Shown here: piece after piece, positions 1 through 13,585 of the stretch
Layout of the letters: every line of letters begins with the position of its first letter
How positions within the stretch are numbered: position 1 is the first letter of the stretch
Assembly (NCBI RefSeq): GCF_009914755.1
Contig: NC_060938.1
DNA length: 64,000 bases
Strand: one strand, 5' to 3'
Source: the human T2T-CHM13v2.0 reference genome, Homo sapiens
Notes under the pieces: model-generated
The model's input: the letters and a program-made list of their open reading frames with translations, nothing else
What the model was told of the DNA's origin: nothing
The model's database searches: none
Program-made: the position numbers and the translations under genes

Positions 1-565
1 CATCAAATATCAAATAATCATTATAGATAGCAAGTAAAAATGTCCAGAAACACTCCATTGACCAAATAATCAAAGAAATGTTAATTAAAATAATACAGAA
101 TGTTTTTCATTCATTACACTAGAAAAAGTATTTAACAATATTAAGTTGAGGAGAAGGAGAAGTGAAACGAAAATGGATACTCTAGTGCCATGTAAATTAG
201 AATCACCTTTTATAGAGAGTAATTTAGCATACAAACAAAATGATCATCTCATAGGAACCAGCAAATATATCACAGAAATCTAATTCAAGAAATAATCCAA
301 AATGTAGAAAAATCTGTAGACCCAAAGATGTTTGTCATAGTGTTCTTTATATTAACCTAAATATAAAATAATTGGGGGCCATTAAACTAAATCATAAAAT
401 ATAACATCAATCAACTATTGTGCCACCATTATCAACCCTAGTTAGGAAAACTGTGTTGAGGTAGAGAAAAAGTACAATTTAACCCATGCTTTAATTTTGA
501 AACACAGAGAAAATGTATGCTTATCTTGTCTGCAATTAATTTGGTCATCCTGCTGAGCCCCCATT

Positions 566-928
566 TGATATGGTTTGGTTCTGTGTCCCCAGCCAAATCT
601 CATCTCAAACTGTAATCCCAACCTGTTGAGGGAGGGACTTGGTGGGAGGTGATTGGATCATGGAAGCAGTTTCTCCCATGCTGTTCTCATCATAGTGAGG
701 GAGTTCTCATGAGATCTGATGGTTTAAAAGTGGCAGTTTCCCCTGCCTACTCTGTCTCTCCTGACACCATGTAAGATGTGCCATGCTTCCCCTTTGCCTT
801 CCACCGTAATTGTAAGTTTCCTGAGGCCTACCTAGCCATGCAGAATGGTGAGTCAATTAAACCTCTTTTCTTTATAAGCTTCCCAGTCTCAGGCAGTTCT
901 TGATAGCAGTGTGAAATGGGCTAATACA
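566..928 (+). mobile_element. THE1 (THE1D-like) MaLR LTR
   Basis: Begins TGATATGGTTTGGTTCTGTGTCCCCAGCCAAATCTCATCTC and ends GTGTGAAATGGGCTAATACA; contains the typical GAGTCAATTAAACCTCTTTTCTTTATAA motif. Confidence 0.92.
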
Positions 929-1902
929 GAGAATTGGTACTGGCAGAGGAGGGTAATGCTATAAAGATAAACTGAAAATGTGGAATCAGCTTTGGAACTG
1001 GGTAATGGGCCAGAGGCTGGAACAGTTTGGAGGACTCAGAAAAAGACAAGAAGATGTGGGAAAGTTCGAAACTTCCTAGAAATTTGTTGAATGGTTTTGA
1101 CCAAAATGCTGATAATGATATGAACAATGAAGTCCAGGCTAAGGTGGTCTCAGATGGAGATGAGGAACTTATTGGGAACTGGAGTAAAGGTCACTCTTGC
1201 TATGCTTTACAAAGAGACTGGTGGCATTTTGCCCCTGCCCTAGAGATCTGTGGAATATTGAACTTGAGAGAGATTATTTAGGGTATCTAGTGGAACAAAT
1301 TTCTAAGCAGCAAACCATTCAAGAGGTCACCTGGCCAATTCAGAAAGCATTCAGTCATGTGTATTCACAAAGAGATTATCTGAAACTTGGAACTTTTATT
1401 TAAAAGGGAAGCAGAGCATAAAAGTTTTGAATATTTGCAGCCCGACCATGAGGTAGAAAAGTAAAACCCATTTTCTGGGGAGAAATTCAAGCTGGCTGCA
1501 GAAATTTGCATAAGTAACAAGGAGTTGAGTGTTAATCCCTAAGACAATGGGGAAAATGTCCCCAAGGCATTTCAGAGATCTTCACAGCAGCCCTTTCCAT
1601 CAAAGGCCTGGAGGCCTAGGAGGCCTAGGAGGAGGCCCAGGGCTCTGCTGCTTTGTAGAGCCTTGAAACTTGATGCCCTGCATCCCAGCTGCTCTAGCCC
1701 CAGCCATGGCTAAAAGGGACCAAGGTACAGCTCCAGCCATTGCTTCAGAAGATGCAAGTCCCAAGTCTTGGTGGCTTCCATGTGGTGTTGGGCCTGTGGG
1801 TGCATGGAAGACAAGAGTTGAGGTTTGGGAACCTCCACTTAGATTTCAGGAATGTATGAAAATACCTGGATATCCAGGCAGAAGTCTGCTGCAGGGGTGG
1901 AG
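929..1902 (+). mobile_element. THE1 internal sequence, 3'-truncated (no second LTR)
   Basis: GAGAATTGGTAC follows the LTR directly, then typical THE1-int sequence (GGAACTGGGTAATGGGCCAGAGG..., GACCAAAATGCTGATAATGATATG...). Similarity stops abruptly at ~1902. ORFs 1027-1281 and 1670-1912 are MaLR-int translations. Confidence 0.88.
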
Positions 1903-1909
1903 ATGTGCC

Positions 1910-2252
1910 TAAACAGGAAAGAAGTCCAGAGGTTTCTGAGTTAGTTGATTTAGTGGCTCCTTAGTATAATCCTAGGTTCTTTTTATAAACTGGTTCTGCC
2001 ATTAACAAGCACGAACCTGGACATGGTGCAAAAGAACCATCTCAACCATTGTCTTCTTAAAAGCAAGGGAAGACTTCCCACCTTCACAGCTTATTGGCAG
2101 ATGAAGAATTAACCCTCAAACCACAGATAGAGCACCTCACCTGAATCATACAGAGAAGAAAAACACCCGGACACAATCAAGGTTCTGTTAGCAAAGAAGA
2201 CCAGTGAAATAGGTATACAGTAAATAACGAGTAAACAACCAGCAAGTGTCTG
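1910..2252 (-). mobile_element. Old MLT1 (K/L-like) LTR fragment
   Basis: GGTTCTGTTAGCAAAGAAGA...AACAACCAGCAAGTGTCTG resembles the reverse-complement 5' end of MLT1K/L; highly diverged. Confidence 0.4.
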
Positions 2253-3342
2253 ATCTTCCAGTTTGGAGCTTGGCATTTATTGTATACCAACCTCACATTT
2301 TTGTGTGCCGTGGAAAGTTAGGCAAAAAATTTGGATACTCATTAAAGAAATGAAGGATGTTAAACATTTTTAAATTATAATTCTTGTTTTTTATATTTAT
2401 AATGAAATGTTGAATGACAAAAACCAATTGAAAAAATATGCATTGACCACAACTAAAACTATGTTTTTAAATGCATTTTAATATAAGAAAGAAAACACAC
2501 CAAAATAATAAAAGTGATTGTGATTAAGGTCTTGGGGACTATTGATGGTTTTTCTCCTAATTTCCGAGTCTTTTATAATATGCATAAATTCTTATATAAT
2601 TTTTTAATTATAAAAATTCCAAACTCCATTCTATTTTGTGTTTTTCTTTTAAAATTCTCATTATTATTGTGCTCCAATTTTCTTTATTTTAACATCCTAT
2701 AAGAGGAAATAACCTGCATAGCCTACCTGTGTTCATTTTACATATGAGGCACAAATACTCTTCATGAACAGGGTAATTAAACAAAATATTCCTCTGTCAT
2801 AAATGCATGCTCAATGTAGCTAAACTTGCCTTTAAATGTACTCCCCTCATTAAATCTGAAGAGGTTATTTCTAGTATTTTTCCCACAACCACTGTAAAAT
2901 TCTAATGGGCTCCATAATTATTTCCTATTTTTCAAGGCACTTTCAAATTTGTACATTAGTGACACTGAAACACTCAAGCTACTATTTTTGAGGTATTATT
3001 CACTCCTAAAGCACCTTTAAAAGGGAACTCTTAATTCTGCTCTTTTTATCTCCCAATTTCTTCAAGCCCAAGAGTTAGCTTGGCTTCCAGAGTAGTTATT
3101 TGGTTTGAAATATGCCAACTCCCATTTAAGCAGAAGCTGATTCTGAATATAATGTGTTCACCTGCCTTGCAGTCATTTCCCTACCACCCAACCTGCTGGC
3201 TCCACTGCTGATGCTGCTATCGCACGTCTTTTCCCTGTTGGTCTGTGGGTACTGCCAAAACGTTCAAATCAGTCTGTCACATGCTTTCTTCTGCTATATC
3301 CAGGCTTTATAATTTATTGTTATAGAAAACCAAGAGTAGAAT

Positions 3343-4811
3343 TGTCACATAGTCCTTAGGTGTCACTTCACCAGCTAGAAACCTCTGTGGCCAGCAGCAC
3401 CTCTGCTTGTGTTTTGCTTGTGACCACTGGTTTCATTCCGCCCACTTGGCCCAGCAGGCTGCACTCAGCTTGCACTACTGGCCCAAATCCCATGCATGCC
3501 AAGGGTGAGCCAGGTGCAGAGTGGTGAGGGGTGTGTGAGTGAGCACAGGGTCCAGCCACTGCTCACAGCCAGGCATGCTGGCTGTGGTGGGATGGGCAGC
3601 TCCAAGTGGCAGCACAGGTACTGGCTCTGTGAAACCCGGAAACTTGGAGACATCAGAAACTGCAAAGCCCTAAAGAGATTGTCACAGCCCTGGCTCAGGG
3701 AGACCCTGGGTCTGGACTCCCCAAAGGGCCACAGCTCTTTTCTTCTCATTGCCCACAACATGGTAAACAGGGAGCATGTTTTGGCCCTATTTGTGTTAAA
3801 ACTCTTTCATTCCCACCTTTCAGTGGGTCCCAAGTTCTTGTCTTGCATCCAGGAAGAATGAGGTACACAAACAACTGGAGGGTGAGCAAGACAGAGAGGA
3901 GCTTCACTGGGTGACAAAACAGCTCTCAGGAGACCCAAAGTGGGTAGCTCCTTTCTGCAGGCAGGTCATCCCAGTGAGTATCCGGCTCTCAGTGCAGAGG
4001 AGACCTGTGGTGGGTAGCTCCTTCCCACAGCTGGTAGTCCCAATGTCTATGTGAGTCTTGCTGGGTCTGGAGTTTTTATGGGCTCAGAAGTGAGTAAATG
4101 CATGCTGATAGGTCCATGGGTGGCCATGGGCAGGCCTGAAGAAAGCACCATAAGTTCTCACTCTGGGTCACAGACTTCACCCAGAACTGACAGCCCTACC
4201 CCTAGACTTCAAGCAGTCCCTGTCTTGAAGGTGACGCTTCACCAGAAACCTGCCCTTTTCGACCCAGAAGCCTGTCTTCCTCCTGGCACCATCAACATGT
4301 CCTCCACAGCATCCAGGCTGTTTGTGCCTACAGGCCCAAACCAAGCCAAACTCAGCCCCTCCTCAGCTTCCATCTTGTGCTCATTGGCACCCAAAGTCCA
4401 GAGGGGGCCAAGATGGCAGGGGGCTGGTGTGTCAGCACAACCCCAAGCACATGCACACTTGGCCAGGTCTTGACAGTATCCTGGCTCAGCCACAAATTTG
4501 CTCTGCCCTAGAGTGAGCATTGGGAGCAGGGAGAGGCCAGGTAGTGGAAACAGGCATTTTCAAGCCTGCGGGGTCAAGGGGCTCCCTAGGCCCCCAAGAG
4601 CACAGGGATGCCCCGGTCCGTAGTCACAGCTGGGTGGCTGCAGCTGCCCCCAGGAGCATAAGGCTCCTGCCCCACTGACTTGGCAGGGGGTGGGCCTCCC
4701 ACCTGTTCCAGCCCCTGCTGGCTCCATGGAATGCACAGCTCCAGCTGTGCCTCCCCTGCTGCAGCTGGCATCTTCACAGTGGCCACTCTAGACAGACTGC
4801 CACTGCCATCT
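3343..4811 (-). mobile_element. MER52-family ERV1 solo LTR with 4-bp TSD
   Basis: GC-rich ~1.47 kb. The reverse complement starts (A)GATGGCAGTGGCAGTC..GCAGCAGGGGAGG and ends GGTGAAGTGACACCTAAGGACTATGTGACA. Flanked by GAAT on both sides (3339-3342, 4812-4815). Confidence 0.88.
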
Positions 4812-4848
4812 GAATGATGACTAATGCATCTTTATTCTTGTCCTACTA

Positions 4849-5200
4849 CTGTAGTAGTCCATTCAGGCTTCTATAACAAAATACCACAGACTGGATGGCT
4901 TATAAACAACAGAAATATATTTCTTAAAGTTCTAGAGGCTGGGAAGTCCAAGATAAAATTGCTGACAGATTTGGTGTCTGGTGAGGGCAGACTTTCTGGT
5001 TCATAAACAGAGCCTTCTAGCTGTGTCCTCACATGATACAAGAGGCAAGGCCGCTCTTTGAGAACTCTTATAAGATCATTAATCTCCATTATGAGGGTTC
5101 TGCCCTCATGACCTAATCATCTCCAAAAGGCCCACCTTCTAATACCATCATATTGGGGATTCAATTTCAACATATGGACATGGACATACAGACCCTAACA
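4849..5200 (-). mobile_element. MLT1A-like MaLR LTR
   Basis: TAGTCCATTCAGGCTTCTATAACAAAATACCACAGACTGG...GGCTGGGAAGTCCAAGAT...GCCCTCATGACCTAATCATCTCC. Confidence 0.85.
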
Positions 5201-5870
5201 ATTTTCATCTTTCTCTCTACAGTTCTAGAGTAGAAGAGCCTTGAAAGAGTTGGAATCCAATGTCTTCTATCTAACCTGGCATTTGCTAATTCCTCCATTA
5301 AAAAAAATCTTCATCACAAACTGAAATCTCTTTTCAATTCCTTTCTTTCTTTCCAATTAACCTTCCAGCCTAAGGCCCATTTTTTAAATAGCTCTTTTAA
5401 TTTACCTCCTCTCCAGACCATATTTTTTGCAGTACTGTGTACTTATTGTTTTTCATTTCTCTTCAACCACATTGCCCTCTGCTTTTTTTCTTTCTTTTTT
5501 TTTTCTTTTCATTTAGACATCCCTACTATGAGTTTCTCCTCTAAGATTCTTAGTGGATCAATTTAAAAGTTGGAAGTTGTTTTTGGTTTCTTAAGTAGTC
5601 AGACTTGTTACTTAAGTAGTCAGACCTATTACTGTTAATACCATAAACCAGTAAATGTAAAACTGTTTTTACCATTTTAGACAAAAAAGTATTTTCATGT
5701 TAAATGCTTTCAAAGAACCAAAAGCCTACTCTTGTATAAAAGAAATAGAAGTATGCACAATTTCTCATAAATATGATCTTTTACCAAAAAAATTTAGGAA
5801 AGAAACATTCTTTTATCATATAATGCTTATTTCCTTGCCAGTACAGATAAAAAAAATTCCTTTTCCTGTT

Positions 5871-7155
5871 GAATGGGAAAAAATATGTGCAAACTATTCA
5901 TCTGACAGGGGACTAATATCTAGAATATACAAGGAACTCAAACAACTCAACAGAAAAAAAATAATTTCATTAACAAGTAGGCAAAGAACATCAATAGACA
6001 TTTCTCAAAAGAAGACATACAAATGGCCAACACATATATGAAAATATGCTCAACATGACTAATCATAAGAAAATGGCTATTATTAAAAAGACAAAAAAAG
6101 ATATTGGCAAGGATGCAGAGAAAAGGAACTCTTTCTAGTGTAATTTCAACTTTTATTTCAGATTCAGCATGTACATGTGCAAGTTTGATACCTGGGTATA
6201 TTGTGTGACACTGAGATTTGGAATATGAATGATCCCATCACCCAGATAGTGAGCATAGTAGCCAACACTTAGTTTTCAAACACTTTCCTTTCTCCCTCCC
6301 TTCATTCTATTAGCCCCCAGTGTCTATTGTTGACATCTTTATGTCCATGAGTTCCCAATGTTTAGCCCCCACTTATAAGTGAGAACATGCAGTATTTGGT
6401 TTTCTGTTCTTATATTAATTCACTTAGGATAACGACCTCCAGCTGCATTCATGTTCCTCAGTAACACTTATACACTGTTGGTGGGAATGTAGAGCCACTG
6501 TGGAAAACAGTATGGAGATTTCTCAAAAAACTAAAAACAGAATGACCATTCAATCCACCAATCCCACTGCTGGATATTTATCCAAGTGAAAAGAAATCAA
6601 TATATCAAAGATATACCTGCACTCATATGTTTATTGCAGTACTATTCACAATAGCAAAGACATGGAATCAACCTAAGCGCCCATCAGTGGTGGATTGGAT
6701 TTTTAAAATGTGGTACATATACACTATGGAATACCACACAGCCATAAAAAGCAATGAAATTGTGTCACTTGGAGCAACATGGATGAAGCTGGAGGTTATT
6801 GTCTTAAGTGAAATAAGCCAGGCACAAAAGACAAATATCACATGTTCACACTTACATATAGGAACTAAAAAAAAATTGCATACATCTAGGTAGAGAGTGG
6901 AAAAACAGATAATGCAGACTGAGAAGCGTGAGTACAAAGGAGGAGGAGAATGAAGAGAAGTGTGTTAAAGGGTGCAAACATATAGTAAGATAAAAGAATA
7001 AGTTAAATGTTTGATAGCAGAGTACAGTGACTATACTTTTAAAAATGCACTGTATTTGTGTGACAGACATCCTAAATATCCTCACTTAATTGTTACACAT
7101 TAGATACATGTAAAAAATCTCATGTACACCATTAATTTGCACAAAGGAAAAAAAT
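5871..7155 (+). mobile_element. Old L1 3' end (L1MA-like), interrupted by an antisense L1 fragment
   Basis: ORF2 C-terminal remnants [27 protein letters not shown] and MFIAVLFTIAKTWNQPK, followed by a 3'UTR and A-rich tail ~7143-7155. Confidence 0.88.
6133..6456 (-). mobile_element. L1PA15/16-like 3' end fragment nested antisense in the L1MA
   Basis: TTTTATTTCAGATTCAG..TACATGTGCAAGTTTGATACCTGGGTATATTG...CCCACTTATAAGTGAGAACATGCAGTATTTGG; the host L1 resumes at ~6467 (CTTATACACTGTTGGTGGGAATGT). Confidence 0.85.
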
Positions 7156-7372
7156 AAGAGAAGAAACCTATTATTACTGTTACATAACTGTGGGTTTAAT
7201 AAAAGTTTAACAGAGGAGAAAAAAAGAAGAATTATTGCTCATGAATATTGTATGTACACACTAATTTGGAAAGTGCTAGAAAATATAAACACAAAACATC
7301 ATATGCTACTGCTTGGGAACTTTTATCTGTGGAATGGAATTAATACTGAGCAGAAATTAAAATTCTAAAAGG

Positions 7373-7815
7373 GTGGTAGATTGTTTGTAAAACTGGCTGC
7401 ACTAGTTCTCCTTCCTATCCATGCCCTCAGGTAGTCTCAATGCACACTGACTCTGGGCTTTGCCATTTGACTTGCTTTGAGCAATGGGGCAATAGCAAAC
7501 ATGATACAAGCAGAAACACAAAGTGCTTGCCTTTCCATGCTGCCTTTTAGGAACCTACAATCATCTCAATGTAAGAAACTCAAGCTAGCCCACAAATGAT
7601 GACAGACACTTAGTCATCTCCATCACTCCATAGACATCTAGGCAACTCTCAGATATGTGAGTGAGTCCATCCTACACCCTTCAGCCCAGCTCAACAACCC
7701 AAATCAGAAAAACTACTCAACTTACCAAAGGATTGTGAAAAATAATAAATTTTTATTGTTTTAAGCCACCAGGTTTGTGGGTGTTTTGTGATAAAGAAAA
7801 ATATAGCTGAGAAAG
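7373..7815 (+). mobile_element. MLT1 (G-like) LTR
   Basis: GGGCTTTGCCATTTGACTTGCTTTGAGCAATGGG and 3' TTGTTTTAAGCCACCAGGTTTG motifs. Confidence 0.7.
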
Positions 7816-9350
<1,535 letters not shown>

Positions 9351-9719
9351 ATCCTGAAACCTCTTCTGAAGCTTTTTCACTGAATCCCACCCTCACAATT
9401 CCTGCTTCCCAGCTTCAACCCTGACCCTTACTCCTGCCTGATCCTCCCAGCTCTCCATGGGCATTTAGAAGTTGCTATCTCAGCAGATGCCCCAATAGGC
9501 CTTAGACCTTTAGCCTCTGAACTTATTCCAAGCCCCCTGATTTGGCTTCCTATGTGACTCACGGTAACTCTACCCTTCTTCGACATGTGAATTCAATGCA
9601 ACTAATGACTATCAAACATTTACTTTATGAAAGGCCTAGTGCCTGTGGTACAGCATATCAAGTAAGATTTCCTGCTCTCTAGAAGCTTAGGGACAAAGCC
9701 ATGCATGTGCTATAGATGC

Positions 9720-10220
9720 TGTGGTGGATTATTTGCAAAGACGGCATCAACAATTCCTCCCATCCCTATAGGTATGCATCCTATGGAATGAGACCTTGTA
9801 GCTCCTCTTATCAAGCTCCTCCTTGTAGCTCCTCTTATTTTTCCACCCCTTAAATTTTGGCTGGCCTGTGAGTTACTTGGACCCATAGAATGCAACAGAA
9901 ATGGCATTGCATGACATCCGAGCCGTGGCATCAAGAGGACTTACAGATTCTTCTCTCACCCTCTTAGACAGTGATGCTACCATGTGGGGAAGCTCAAGCT
10001 AGCCTGCTGGAGGACAAGTTCACATGCAACAGAGATGAGCCAGCCCAACTTAAGCCCCCCAGATAACTAAAGAGACATGGGTGACCCCAAGTGAGACCAG
10101 CAGACCACCTGTCTGATACTAGCCCCAACTGCTGACACAGAATCATGAGCAAATAAAACAATAGTTGTTTTAAACTATTAAATTTGGGGTGGTTTATTAT
10201 ACAGCAAGAGGTAACTATTA
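9720..10220 (+). mobile_element. MLT1H-like LTR
   Basis: TGTGGTGGATTATTTGCAAAG...CAAGCTAGCCTGCTGGAGG...AGAATCATGAGCAAATAAAA...TTTGGGGTGGTTTATTATACAGCAA. Confidence 0.8.
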
Positions 10221-12014
10221 CAGAAGCACAGAGGAAAAAGAGATTAACTGTGAGAACATTACTTATGCTTTTCACAGTTAATTGCATGATTTTAACAGGT
10301 TTTTATTGAGCCAAATGAGTTTTTTACTGATTAGGTCTCAGGCTGGATTACAAAGGGAAAGAATGGGGGCTGGAGAATCAACATTAAATAGACCAGTCCT
10401 GCCTGGGAGCTAGCCTGGGGTGGGGAGGGAGTGGTCACTTCCTCAAAGCTGCTTCTGATTTTCACCCTTCTAACCCCCAGTTCTGGACCCACAAATTATC
10501 AAGCTTCTCTCCATCTCACTCCCAGTTCTTACTCACACATTATTTTCAAGAACTAGCATATTAACAATGACTCCTATGACAGTGACAGCCAAGCAAAGAA
10601 GGGACAGGACTGGGGTGGAGGCTTCCTGCATAGAAGTATATCCATTTGATGTACATAAAAGACACCAGCATTATTTTAACCAGGTAATAAGACTTGGCGT
10701 CAAAAAAAAAAATACTTATCTCACTCATTCCTTTACTTTCCAAATAAAGGTTTTTTTCTGCTCTCTGCTGAAATTTGTTTTCTGTCTTAAGCACACAAAA
10801 GGAACAGTATCTGCCATCTCCATCAAACAATATGAAATGAATACTTTAAAGTTCATGAAGCAAGAAAAAGTCATTATCCTAGTCTATTCTTGTCCCAGAG
10901 TTTCAAACAATAAGCCCATTCTGTCCAGAAGTGACAGAAGAACTACTATTGAAGATAATTAACACTAGAAATAGTCTATAAAGAATGTACAGGGTAACAT
11001 AAAAACCCAGAAGAGGAGTCATGCCCCAAAATCTAGGAAGGGAGCAACATCGCTCTTTATAACTGTAAATAATGGTAACTGTGCCTTCCCAAGAAGTACT
11101 AGCCAGGATCTGGGGTCCATAAGTTTGGCATGAGCCATCCATAATTTTCCCAAAGAAAGGATAACATGCCCATAGAGTAAATTCTAGGCAAAGAGAAAAT
11201 AAAGTACTAACTATAGGCAATTGCCTTCTGCCTTTCAAGGAAGTAGCTTTCTTGGGCTTGTCTGAGAAAGGTGCATAAACTGCGAAGTGAGCTGAGGTGG
11301 CCAGGGTAATGGAAAGATTCTGGATTTAGAGTGGGAATAAAAAAAGAATTGAGACAAGGCAAGTCCTGAGTTGGGAATATTTTGCATGTTGGAGGAATGT
11401 GAATCACTGACGGTCAGAAGGCAGGCTGTGGGTTGACTGCAATAATGAACATAAATTCTTTTTATCCCAGTGTGCATGCTCCTTTGCAACATCTCCTTAG
11501 AACAGAGATGTCTAATGGAGAATTTTTAAGCCATGTGAATCCTCTTTCCTGTCTCCTCTTAAAGCGTTCAGCAAACCTACCTTATTATGTGATGATTTGA
11601 GTATTATATTAGGGTTTTTTATGGAAATACATGCCTCAGAAAGGGTATGGGATAAAAGCAGAGGCTACTCAATTACATTGGGGTTGAATTAATTATGGTT
11701 TTATCCATAAATCCCTCTCTAGTCTCCTGTAACTCTGAATTAGTACCTAGGTCAGAAATAGGCCCCAGTTACCTGACCACTTCTTCCTTTGCTTCACTTC
11801 CTCTAGGCCTCCTGCAGCAGGGAAGTGCGGTGAGGCTCCTCTTCCTGGGCGTGGGCCCACCTTTCCCACTGCATGAGAGGTAGGAGTGAAAAAGAACAAA
11901 GCAGAGAAATTCAAATAGAAAGTGGACAGAGGAAAAAAGGAAGAACTTTAAACTTCTTCACACCTTTCTTTCTCCCATTTTTTTTTTTTTTGATGCCACT
12001 TTCTAAAAGCCTAG

Positions 12015-12210
12015 CCTCCATATATACCTGGATCTTCTTAGAATTCTCTGTCCTGTTCCATTAGGTCTACTTCTCCGTTCTTACACAAGAACCTTGCTGT
12101 TTTTATTATTATAGCATTGTAATATGCTCTAACTTCTGATCAGGCAAACTCCCTCCAACTTTGCTCTTCTTTTCAAAGTTGATGTAGCTTTTCTTAAAAT
12201 CTTATTCATT
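12015..12210 (-). mobile_element. Ancient L1M ORF2 fragment
   Basis: CTCTGTCCTGTTCCATTAGGTCTAC...CAACTTTGCTCTTCTTTTCAAAGTT resembles antisense L1 ORF2 3' region. Confidence 0.55.
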
Positions 12211-13209
12211 CCTCCATTCAAATTTATTTTTAATTGAATTTATATTCTACTCTATTTTTAAGTGTATTAAGCATTTTGTGTCCTTCTTCACAGAAGAGAA
12301 TGCCCTGGGTAGAACAATATACACCAGCACATTGAAGTGGATAAATCAGAAACATGGAAGTTTAGATACCACCCAAAAAAAGAGCAATAAAATTACTTTT
12401 ATGAACTTAAAATCTAATTCTAGAGCATGATGAGTCCACTGAGGTGCAGCTGCCCCATGAGATCCTTCCATGAACAGCTTCTCCCTTACCTTATTGTACT
12501 GCAGTTCCTAGCATTTTGAACAAAAAAACTCCTCAGGGTCTGAAGGAGAGCTTAGTGCCAGTCACCACAGGCCAGCTCCATGGTAGTGGCAATATTAAAA
12601 GACCTTATCTGAGCACCCTTTTAGATTTAATTATCCTCAGGGGAACCTCAGTCATAAATGGAAAATCCTGATTTACTTACTCTAAAACACTTTATTTTGT
12701 GTTAGTTGCATTTACTGCTTTTACAGCAAATTTTCCTTCCTAGTTCTGCTATGCTTAAGGTAATTTGCACAGGTTTCTTTATCAGAAGATCTATGGGGAA
12801 AAGTGACCTGGGTTCAAACCTTAACTAAGAGTAGTATTTTCTTTTAGATTTTCAGATTCAACATGGTAGCTTGAGCCCACAGATTGACCTCTAAACCCCA
12901 TTAGAAGGGCCAAGGAAATCTAAAAACTAAAATCTCTGTAGCAAAGCTGGAATACAGAGGAGGGTGCCAACAGAAAGTTAAAATGCAGCAGAATAGGATC
13001 AGATTGAAAAAAACCCCATCGATGTGGAAGAGGAAACTCCTTACACAGGCAATAAAGCCCCGGTGATGAGCAGTGAGTCAATTTCTCCAACAAATCCTGA
13101 GAGGGCATGGGAATCAAGTAGAACCCACAACAACCATTGGTTTCTCTGACAGAACATTTTTCTCCTCTCCTCTTTGGTCCCCGTTTTCCCTCCCTCAACT
13201 GTTATTAGT

Positions 13210-13585
13210 ATTTATTCATTTGTTTGATTGTTCATTCAACAAATATTTGTTAAGCATCTCTTCTGAGCCAGGAAGTATTCTAAAGACTGAGGATACAGCA
13301 AGGAACAGGGAAGACAAGGTCCAAGCTCTCATGAAGAAAATATTCTAATGGAGAGACAAACAATAAAAATACCAGAAAACACCAGATGATGATAAATATT
13401 CTAAAAACACTAAGAGTAATTTGTTAAAGGTTTTCTGTCAGGCTTCCTTACATTAGTTAATCAGGAATGACCACTCTGAGGAGGTAATATTTAAACTAAA
13501 TATCAGAGAGCAAAGGGAACAGCGTTCCGGGCAGAGGAAACAGGTAGTGCAAAGGCCCTGTGGCACAAACCCGCTTGGCATGTTT
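13210..13585 (-). mobile_element. L2 LINE 3' fragment
   Basis: TTCATTCAACAAATATTTGTTAAGCATCTC..GAGCCAGG...GCAAAGGCCCTGTGG, the antisense L2 tail; an opposite-orientation L2 piece follows (~13586-13870). Confidence 0.75.

Noticed and set aside
1-540. Ancient L1ME fragment
   Set aside because: Suggestive but too diverged to support by eye.
650-661. DUX4 site in the THE1 LTR
   Set aside because: Reads TGATCCAATCA on the minus strand, mismatching TAAYBBAATCA at a core position.
10567-10962. 131-aa ORF with an internal CAG|GTAATA donor as a coding exon
   Set aside because: No recognisable protein similarity; runs through homopolymer tracts; no supporting exon chain.
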